Below are positions 47,645 through 57,851 of a DNA stretch of 64,000 bases, in pieces. This DNA comes from Phaeosaccion multiseriatum (lineage: Eukaryota; Protista; Ochrophyta, other classes): contig OZ218964.1 in the NCBI GenBank assembly GCA_965112735.1, forward strand, positions 1,674,001 to 1,738,000, given 5' to 3'. Position numbers and translations under genes: made by a program. The notes below the pieces were generated by a model. It had not been told where the DNA came from, did no database searches, and was given only the letters and a program-made list of their open reading frames with translations. Position 1 is the stretch's first letter; each line of letters opens with the position of its first letter.

Positions 47645-49648
47645 ATGAGGATTAGAGAAGGTCTTTTGGCTTCCGCAATAGCAGCAGCAGGGGCGAGCAC
47701 GGTCAAGAGCGGGAGCGGCGGCGCGTCACCATCAGCCACAGCACCGGCTTTCTCACCCTCCGGCCCGCCGCCGGCCCACGCCTTTCCCGCAGCAGCCTGG
47801 GAACGTAGAGGATCTGTCACTGCGTTTTCCACCCCTTTTGTCCCCGTGCAAAGGGGGAAGCGCCGCCTGACTGGCAGTCGGCATGCTGCCAGCGGGACGC
47901 TGGGCGTCGGTTGGGTGAACCTGATGACCTCGTCTACGAAATTGGGGGCCGAAGAAGCAGCAGCAACACCAATAGCCTCCTCAAAGGTGTTGTACTCCGA
48001 TGAAGGAGGTCATAAGCTCGGAAAGCAAGCGGCGGCAGGAAGCCCTGTTTCAGCAACGGCGACTGCAACAGCAGCAGCAGCATCAGCAGTATCGGCGGGG
48101 AGGACTGGAGGGGAGGCAACGGGAGAGGACACCGCAGCACCAGAAGCTATGTCAGTAGATGTACAAGAACAAGGGAGTGGGCACTTTGGGGACATTATGG
48201 GTACCGCGGACGGGCTCAAGCAGAGCATGTTAGACAAGCTCGCAGCCTTCACCGCACTGGAGAGAGTGGCCCTCACTGCTAACGGGAACCTGCAGGTGAG
48301 TGAGCTGAGCGGCTTTGGCCTGGACTTTGAGAGAAAGAGGAGAGCTAACAATTCCTCCCCTGTGCTGCTGTCTCACCCGTGTACAGAGGATAGTGAGCTC
48401 GTATCACAACAGGCCTGTGGACATTGAGATTTTGCGATGCCATCATGTGAGTGTCTCCGCCCAACGAAACGATACATTGGCGCTCCTGACTCGCTTTATC
48501 ATCCGGGAGTGGGGCACCTTGGAGGGCAGAAGACCGAGCTTGCCCCATGGTTCACGCAGTTAGCGGGTATCATCATGAACACTGCTTTGCTCTGGGATGG
48601 AAGACGGTCGCCTTGCTCGAGCCTTTTTCTCCTCCCTCAACCGAAAAAGCCTTCCCTCCTCTCTCCTTCCCTTGGCCGTGCTCGTCCACCCCTCCTCACC
48701 CCCCCTATACACCCTCCTCGCCCCCTGTACACGCCCCCCCCCCTTCTCCCGTTGGGTGGCCTGTCAATGTGTAGACCGGCGGTGGCGTGTACGACCGACT
48801 CGTGGAGCTGAGCATGGGCATGGGCCCGGGGAATGGGGGGGGAGAGGAGGATAAGGACGAGGAAGGAGACGAGGACAAGGACGGGACTATTCAAGCTGTT
48901 CGGGCTGTTCGGGCTGCTAAGACCAAGTCTAAGGTCGAGGCTTGCGATGTGTTCGTGTTCTGCACCGCCAAGAGCACCGTCACCCTACACTCGCGGCGGT
49001 GCTTGGAGGCCGTCGAAAATGAGCACATTGGGATCGGACAGGTGTGACAGACGGTTCGCGCTTTTGTGTGTGTGTTGTCACACTCAGCACCGCTGAGTTG
49101 AATGCTTACGATACACTATTTTGTCTGCGGTTGGAGGCAGCATCCGCAACTACTGGAGGTGTGGGGGGCTTTAAGGGCTGAGGCACACGTCAAGTGGGTA
49201 GGCGTGAAATCAGTACCCCTCCACAGCTCTGTTTCATCCTTTCTTCTCGAGTGTTTGCTTCTCTCCCTTTCCTGTCTCATCTGCACAGCCTACCTCTCGC
49301 TGCCACTCCTCCCGCTGACTCGTCCTTGCTCCTCTCTCCACCCCTCCTCCCACTCGCCCTTCCTTCCTCTCGCCTTAGGTGTTTCAACACCTGGAGACTC
49401 TGCCCCGCTTCACCTTGCTCGACGCGGGGAGGAGCTCTGACGGCGGCTTTTGGAGGGAGTACACACTTGCCTCGGAGCATATGACGTGTCAGATACACGA
49501 GACTTTCCCGCAACATCTTTTCGACTTGGACGCCGCCCAGAGGCAGCAGCAGCAGCAGCAGCAGCGGCAGCAGCAGCGGGAGGTGGAGGAGAAGGAGCAG
49601 GAGGAGGAGGAGGAGAGGGAGGACAAGGGCGATGTCGGAGGGGGCTGA
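47645..49648 (+). CDS. Uncharacterised protein with chorismate-lyase (UbiC/DUF98)-like C-terminal domain, ~415 aa; exons 47645-48295, 48387-48446, 48775-49041, 49379-49648
   Basis: Three phase-0 GT-AG introns give a continuous frame: FTALERVALTANGNLQRIVSSY...YDRLVEL...FCTAKSTV...IGIGQVF...FWREYTL...CQIHETFP. Fold assignment is inferred from the motif pattern. Confidence 0.7.
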
Positions 49649-50299
49649 ACTGCCCTTTTGTTTCCACCGCACGTAGCCTACCCTAGATCAAGTGTAAATA
49701 GATACCAGGCACAGCTAAGCATCGAAGCACAGCGCCAGAGGCTTTCTTTGTCTTCCATACTGCTGCTGCTACTGTTGCTTCGCTCAGAGATAGGTTAGTT
49801 GAGAGCAGTCAGAGACATGGAAAACTCTCCTTGGAGGAGCGTTCGTCACGAATGAAGTGTTTCGTTGAAGTGGACGAGAGCCACGTGTCATGGTCAAGCA
49901 TGGCGCGGCCAGCTTCGCTGCCTTACTATTGTGCAAAAGCAGCCGCAGATGGCAGTTTGTGATGTCTTTGCCTTCTTCTCCCTGTCTTGTCTCAACACAC
50001 GGACATGTACTAGTAAAGTAAATCGAAAGTCAGAGAGGACAATTCTCCTTGTGCGCGCGACACCCCCCCCTTCGGTCCCGCACACACTCCAACCCCTTTC
50101 CATCTGTCGGAGAAGATTCACCGCCGCTCACCGCGTAGTACTTATTCCCTTAATGTGATGCCTCGCACCCCGTCGCGCTCCTCCTTTCAAAGGCTTCAAC
50201 TTCCTCCTGGAGGAAAAGATATTGACTTCAAGGAAGCAACTTAGAATACGTCCGGTTTTGGGGGGATAATTTTGTGCTATCTGCTATCGGCCGGCGGCC

Positions 50300-51680
50300 G
50301 ATAGCATGCTAGAATGTGGTCGATAGCACGTCAGGGGTCGAGTGGAAGAGGAAGAGCGAAGAGGAAGAGGAAGAAAAAGAAAAAATAATGTACTTCGAAG
50401 TACTTCGAAGTAAGTGCCATCTATGGTTGTCGAAAAGTAACGTCTCGCCGCCCCGGGGAACTTAGCCCCCGAGGTCGTATACCTCCGACTCGTCAGTCCT
50501 CCCCATCGGAACAAAGTTGATACCAGCCAGGACCCTGTGTCGAATCGATCGCTCGTGTCGGGCCCGCTGGAGCGCCACAGCCAATCGCTGCCGAATGACG
50601 CAAACAGCTCTCGCATAAGCCCTCATGTCCAGATGTTCGTGCACCCCAGCCATGTGGGTGGCGAGTGTTATCATAAACTTCTTTGCTGTTCCATCCCAGA
50701 AGGAACGAAATGGTACCTCGTGGGGTCATAATGGATGTCTCCACCCTGGCCTTCCATGCCTTCCCGTGGTACCCCATACTTGGTGCGCTTGGTTGCTTCA
50801 GCCTGCTTGGCTGCCGCGAGTGCCTCCTTCGATGCCTATTGGTGATGTTGGTGGCATCAGTGAGCGTGATGTCAATCAGCAAAGACTTGTGGCCACCCCC
50901 ATATTCGTGGTCGGATGGAAGTCAAACATCCCGGGGGGAGTCACAATGTCCATCTCCATTTGTTTGGCCACGTGGGCGTCACCCCTCACGCCGTTGCTCC
51001 CGCCTCTCCCCCGTCTCGCGGTGACTGTTCTTTCCCTCATAAAGAAGGGGAAGCCGGTGTTCTGCACTATCCCTCTGCCCAGGCCCTCACTCTTCATCAA
51101 GGCGACGAGTGCCTTCTGCACAGCATCATGTTGGGGTGTGCCGAGCCCTGTCCTCGTGCAGGTGACGATATGCGCCTCCGTCAGCGCCTTACCGGGGCAC
51201 TTATAGCAATCCTTGCTGTACTAGGTGGGGTCGATACCGAGTCGTCTCCGAATGGCACCTTTGTGTTCCCCGTCCGTGAGGTGGAGTGCTCCCCCTGCCT
51301 TCTTGGTCGGCCGAAGAAGGACCCTCGCACCAGCCCCCTTCACGCTTTGGCTGAGGGCCCTGGCCAGGCCCTTCTCCCGTTCGTCCTGCTCTGGGATCGC
51401 TCTCAGGCGTCCCAGAAAGTCTGTCCTCGCCTTCAACGTGAGGAGCTTGGTCAAGCGCTTCTGGGCCACTCGCCTTTCCCCGTGAGGGCTTGCATCGCCC
51501 CTGCATGGAAGGCTGCGTCACAGAGCTCAGCTTGGGAGGCAAGTCCCAGGCTTCCATCGCCCGCCTTAATTCCCTTTCTCCCCCTCAATTCATCCCCCAT
51601 GAGGGGAAGCATCCTGAAGGTGTCCCTGCCTCTCTGCAGCTGGATCGTCCCGTCGCTGCTTCGGTTGAGGGTGGTTTTGT
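50300..51680 (-). mobile_element. 5'-truncated, decayed non-LTR retrotransposon of the restriction-like-endonuclease (CRE/R2-group) type
   Basis: Joined frames give GSLGLASQAELCDAAF (post-RT thumb), ARALSQSVKGAG..RRRLG, CYKC..H..C zinc knuckle then QHD, MDIV..LIDIT, KRTKY, FVPSGME, RQRLAVALQR; several stops and frameshifts. Boundaries approximate. Confidence 0.78.
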
Positions 51681-51866
51681 GAGTCGTATCGTCGGAGGAT
51701 GAAGGGGGGAGGAGGAGAGTTAAAGAGCTAAAGAGTCGGTCGTGAGTGTGAGTTTTAGTTTTAAAACCCCCTTTCTTTTTTCTCCCTCCCCCCTTCCTCA
51801 CAAAAGAGGCCTCGGGAGGGCTAAGCAAGGGAAGGAGAGGGCGCAGGAGGGGGAATACTGCAGACG

Positions 51867-53640
51867 ATGCTTCCCTCTCGGCGTGGGGGAGCAGGAGGTA
51901 GATTCACTCAACTCCGAGACGAAGAAGAAGGCTTGGAGGATGCAGAGGAGATTACACAAGTCCCCGCCGTTGCTGCTGCTGCGGCTGCTGCTGCTGTGAC
52001 ACCTTCTCCCGAGGGTGGGGTGAACATTAGAGTGCTGGATGTGAGGGGGCAAACATACAAGCTCTGCGTGGCACCTGAGAGCACAGTACTACAGCTAAAG
52101 GAGCTGCTTGCTGAGCAAGCAGGGGTGGAGGTGGACCGACAACGGATCATTCACATGGGAAAGTTTCTTACGGATACAGATGTGCTCTCCCAGCATAAGG
52201 TGGCCGAAGGGTCCGCACTGCACTTATTCCAACGACCCAAACACGTGGTGCCCACGCTCGTTTCGGTCACGGCGGAGGGGCATGAAGGGGCTCGGGGGGG
52301 GGGAGGGGGGGCTCTGCCGCCGGGGAGCGTGGACTGGAGCTATCATCACCAGCCGATGACAGCAGCCGGAAGTGCTGCACCAGCAGCAGGAGGAGGAAGT
52401 GGCGGCGGGCAGCACTACCCTCACATTGTCATTAATGGCGGCGGCGACGTGATGCTCGGTGCCGACTGGCAGCTCGAGAATGCCCGACGTGGTATGAGGT
52501 TTTTGGCCTCCTTTCTCTTCCTCACTAGCGTCTTGCAGGTGGGTGCGGCCTGTGCAATCAGGTGCTTCTTGTTTCCTCCCCTGATTAGCTACCTCAGCTA
52601 CCCAATCACAGGGGGCTTTTTGTCTCTCTCTCCGTCCACCGTGTGCATTGCCTCCCTGTGTCGCTCACACACACTCACACTCTCTCTCTTCATGTCTGTA
52701 TCGGCCCAACATATGTGCATGCCTCTCTCTCTCTCACACACACACACACCTACACACCCATCTACACACACACGCGCTCTCTCTCCCTCCCCATGCAGGC
52801 GCTGGAGGCCCTGGCCATCATCACTGCCGCACCCCCTGCCAGCGAGGACAGCTCCTACGTCATCCCCCCCGAGCTGTACTTTATCCTCATACGCAGTATT
52901 CTCGGCTGCGGCGTGGGGGCCCTCGGAGTACGCGGCTCGCACGAGATGGACAGCCGCACCGTCAAGCTGTACCTTCGGGGGCTGGTGGTCACTGCCCTCC
53001 TCGCCGTGTTTATCCGAGTCGAGACACTCGTTGACGTCATTACAGGCAAGAGGGGAGGGTAGAGATGGGGGAGGGGAGCGGAGGGCGAGATGATAAGGGG
53101 GAAGGAAGGAAGGAACGAAGGAAGGTCTCTTCGTCTGTCTGCTGTACTTGCTGCTGCTCCGTTTCACCTTTGTTAACAATCCCCCCCCCCCCCCCCCCCA
53201 ACCCGCCTCGAACCGCAGGCAAGCTTCCAGAAGTAGACCCTTACGTGGATGATGACTACGGAGGGGGGGGAGGCACCAGGGACGATGACCCGTCGGGCGA
53301 GGGGGGCGGACCCGACTCGGAGGAGTCTGAGCTGGAGCGGCGGAAGGACTGGATCTTCAATGAGCTGCTGGGCACGCTCGTGCTTGGCATGGTGTGGTTT
53401 TATTGCGTGGTGAGGGCGAGGACGTACGCGCAGACTATATTGGAGAGCAATGAGACTACGGCCTCCGCAACAGGAGGACAAGCAGAAGCAGCAGGAGGAG
53501 GAACAGGAGGAGGAGGAGCACCGCCCGTGTTGTCGTCAATGGCCACAGCAGTAGTTGTCCCGTCCTCTTCTTCCGGGCAGCACGGCCAAGAGGCTCCCCT
53601 GAGTGTGGCACAGTCAGTGAACGGGCCTCACATGATTTGA
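51867..53640 (+). CDS. Ubiquitin-like-domain multi-pass membrane protein; exons 51867-52538, 52799-53045, 53219-53640
   Basis: UBL fold (IRVLDVRGQTY...STVLQLKELL...QRIIHMGKFLTD...EGSALHL) followed by ~4 hydrophobic segments. Confidence 0.8.
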
Positions 53641-54469
53641 CTTTGGAAGCTTGCGTCACCCACTGCGTCGCCAACCATGGGTGACGAGGGTGGTACTGTA
53701 GGCCTTTAGGGGTGGTGCTTCGCTCGGCCTCTCTCCCTCTCTCCCGCCCGCACAAGGCAAGTGTGTGAGCTCAATGCTAGAATGGATCTCTCTCTCTCTC
53801 TCTCTCCCGTTTTTTTTGCCGTTTCGGCTCAAAACAGGACGACGAGAGATCCAATCCAGCATTAAGCTCGCAAACTCGTACAGGAGGGACGGAGAAACAG
53901 GCTACACATACTCTTACACATAATGAAGGGTAATGAGCTTCTCTCAAGCCTCAGCTGCTGAGCTCATCCCGCCTCTAGGCAGAGAGCTGCAGGGGTGGCG
54001 CCTCTTGCTCTGTGCTCGACGCGCTGGAGTGGAATAGGGGAGTCGTATTTACGTACTTGCCGTCGCCCTCAAGACCCAAGAGGAGAGAGTGGTGCCGAGG
54101 CTGAGAGTGCTGAGGATCTGAGCTGCCTCACCTCATAGAATTTGTATTCTTGTCTTCTTCCTCTTCAAAGATATGTGTACCTATCAATGGAACGGCCGTG
54201 AGCCTGACCCAAGAATCGATTCATTCGCCTCTATTCTCGGTGCAAACGCGGCTGTCATCAGAGCGACACCGATTCAGACTGGCGCCAAGTGAGAGACGAG
54301 AAATGGTCGGCTGATGGAGAAAGATGTGAGGGAGATGTTAAGTAGGTTGCCATATTTACTACCTCACCTCTGACACACACACTTTCACATATTACATATA
54401 TCCTATGTGGGGCAGCGCAGCCCATATGCCCGCATCACAACCGATGCCCCTGACCCTTACCCTTCCTCC

Positions 54470-55235
54470 TTACCCCTGCTGCTCGGCGGGCAGTCCGCGG
54501 AAGAGCGCCGCCACTCGTGTGTGGTACTCTTCAAGTACTCGCTGGTGGTGTATGGGCAGCCCCATCTGTCGAGCAATGTTCTCCTTCAGAGTCCTCTCCA
54601 GCTGTCCTTCGCCTCCTCCGCCCCCGCCCACCGCTGTCGGCATTGCGGTTGCTATTCCAACGTCTTGTGCAACCTGCTGGCGCTGCTGCTTGAATGCCAT
54701 TTTGTTGCCACTACTAGCTCTGCTACCGCTGCCACCGCTACCTCCTCCTCCTCCTCCTCCTCCTCTTGCTGCTGCTGCTGCTGATGATGATGAGCCTGCA
54801 TACCACGGCGGGCTGGACGGAGAGCCTGAGCTGGTGTGATACGAATGGCGAGAGTCATCGGGACCAGCAAAGGAGGCCGAACGGCCGAACAGACCACCAC
54901 GGAAGAAGACTGGCCCCTCTCCCAATTCACCTCCTCCGTCTCCTCCTGCAACGCCTGCTGCTGGAGGTGGTGGTCTTGCTGCTGCTTTCCCTTCCCCAGA
55001 CGGGCCCTGTCGCCAAGCGCTGACCCCTGTCAAGGCCTCTCGGCCCTCTCTGCCTTGCTGGGTGTTGGGAAACTCTTGGAGTGACAGTGACGAATGGAGA
55101 GACGAATGCCTCATCAGCGTGCTGCCGAACGACGGAGAGAAGCCCGCGCGCGAGCCTTCTCTCACCGCGGCGAGAGAGGGAGAGGACAGGGACGGGGAGT
55201 CTCGGGAGCGGGCCAGAAGTCCTCGCCTCACCTGC

Positions 55236-55278
<43 letters not shown>

Positions 55279-55725
55279 GCTGTCGGCGCTGCTGCTGCTC
55301 CGCAGGCGTCTCGTCGCTCCAGCTGCGTCCCAGCTTGGCCCCCGACCTGCTGCCGCTCGCTACCATCTTGACGCCACTACCACTCCTCCAAGCACCACCA
55401 CTAACACCAACACCGCCTGCGTGCGCCGCTGACTGTGACTCTGCGGCACCGCCCACCGCAGCGGAGACGCGACTCATATGGGCGGCCGCCAGAATGGGCA
55501 GATTTCTCCGCGCATTGTGATGCGTTGCGCCCGTGGACTGGCTCCTGGCGGCCGCGCTGCCACTGCCTCTGAGCAGAGGAGTCGGAGTGAAGGCACCATT
55601 GCCTCCCCCTCCGCCTCCGCCTGAACGGAGAGGAGCGGCACTACCATCCAGCTCCCCTCCTGATGGTTTGCCCAAACGAGGTCGCTTTGCGGGTTGCCCC
55701 TTCGACCCTGCCATCGCTGTTCCTC

Positions 55726-55757
<32 letters not shown>

Positions 55758-57629
55758 GCCGTGTGTGCAGGGCGCTTACTGCTGCTGTTGATGCTGGTGC
55801 TGGTGCTGCTGATGCTGATGCCGGTGCTGCTGCTGGTGCTACTAGCCCTACTGCGACTCGCCCCCCCCGCCCCAGGAGCACTAACTGATGAGCCTGCTGC
55901 TGTACGCACAGGTGTATCGCCTCCTCCTCGTCCTGCTGCTGCTGGTGCTGCCTCTCCTCCTGCTCCTGCTGCTCCTGCTGCTCCCCGCCCTCCCGAAGGC
56001 CCGCTCATCAGGACTTGCCTTCGGGACTTGCGGCTGAAAGAGGCGCAGCGCTGCAAAGGAGCGGAACAATCGAACAACAGAGCGGCGCCCGCCCCAGAAG
56101 CAGCGGCAGTGGCAGCAACACCTAGCCCGGCAGCAGCGACTCCGATACCCGCCACTCGGCTGCTGGTCCCGAGAGCTCCCACGGAACCTTTTCTCCGCCG
56201 CTGCGCCTCGGCCATCCGGCTCTTCTCGGAGTGCTCTTGACGGGCCCTCTCGCGCGCGTACTTGAAGGCCGTGTGTGTCGCCGTCAGCTTTCGCTCACCT
56301 CCCCCCCCGGAGCTTCCTTCCTCTTCCTCCTCTCGTCCTTGTCCTCTTTGTCCTCTTTGCCCCGGCCCCCCTAGAGACACGCTTCTCCTCATCATCGTGG
56401 TGGGCGGCTCTTCCGTTGTCAACACCACCGCCTCATCAAGCGCCTTGGAACCCCCTTCCCTTGGCCGTTGCCCCGCTGCTATACCTGCTCCTCCTGCGTC
56501 CTGCGCCTCGTGTCCTCCATTATCTTGTTGCGTTTCCACTGGTGCTACTGGTGCTGCTGGCGCTGCTGGTGCTGGTGCTTCTTCTTTGGGTCCCCCCCCC
56601 TCCGAATTGGTGGCGGGGGGTGGCGGTGGGAGCAGCAGCAGCTGCTCCGGCCAGGCGGGAGGGGCGTCTTGGCCATTCCACTGGTCCACAGTGCAGTACA
56701 CTGCCCTCATGGCCTGCGCCGTGTCACTGTTGCCGCTACTGCCGCGGCCCATTCTCGGCAAAGCGCCAACCCGATGCGCGTACGTGTGCTCCAGCAGCTC
56801 CTCGTCCACCCTTGCCTGCTTCCAAGCCATCCACGTGCTCACCTTGGCATTCTTCTTCTCAGACGGAGAAGATGATGAGCAGGTCGCACTCGTTACTCCG
56901 CCACTCTGAGTCCTTGGGTTCCTCTTGTTGTTGGGTCTTTCGCGCCCCCCGGGGCTCTTCCCTCTCCCAAGAGCAGCCGCTCCATCACCCTTTGCTGCTG
57001 CTGCTGCGGCTGCATCTCCGCCATGTACATCCCGCTTCCTCTCCACGAGGGCCGCCCTCTCCAGCCACTGTCCCGCCTGGAGGACCCTTGCAGAGTACAC
57101 CGGCAGACTGCCAGCACACTCCAACACAGAAGAGGGCGGAGGGGAAGGACAAGAAGAGGAAGAAGAAGGACTACCTGGTGAGCGCTTCTGCGCCCTCCGC
57201 TGCATGTCGCAGTCAGTAGCCCCGCCCCGGGGGGTTCCCAGGGGGGTTCCCCGGGGGTTGCGCAGCAGGGTGACGCCGGCAAGGCGAGCGGAGACGCTCG
57301 GCGGGGCGGAGGAGGCGAAGCGCACCGCCCATCGCTCCTCCTCTGCCACGTAGAACCAGAGCATCGTCACGTCCTCCTCGTCCTCCTCCCCTTCCTCGTC
57401 CTCCTCCTCCCTCTCTTCCTCCCGTTTCTCCTCCTTCTTCTCCCCCTCCTCCTCATCCTTCTCCTCCTCCTTACAGGTCATCTCCCCAAGGGAGGCACGC
57501 AAAGGCTTGAAGGCCGCCGCTCCACTGCTCTTTCTCTTTCTTCCTTTGACCACCAAGACCTTGCCTTTCCCCTTCCCTTGCCCTCCTCCTGCGCCTCCTC
57601 GGAACAGCTCCAGCACCGATTGGAGCCCG

Positions 57630-57666
<37 letters not shown>

Positions 57667-57819
57667 GCCGTGCTGAAGACTCCAGAGGCGGTGCTTCAAG
57701 CTCGATGCGCAGACTGCCCATCTCGGGGTCGAGCAGGAAGGCGCTCTGCAGCACGTCGCCGGGGTCCAACGCGTGCAACAGCTCCAAGTGCTGCACGAGA
57801 GAGAGACACGACTTCTTTC

Positions 57820-57851
<32 letters not shown>

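Noticed and set aside
50282-50312. Helitron 3' end (hairpin + CTAG)
   Set aside because: CTAG is almost adjacent to the hairpin and is followed by A rather than T; no 5' TC end or RepHel remnant
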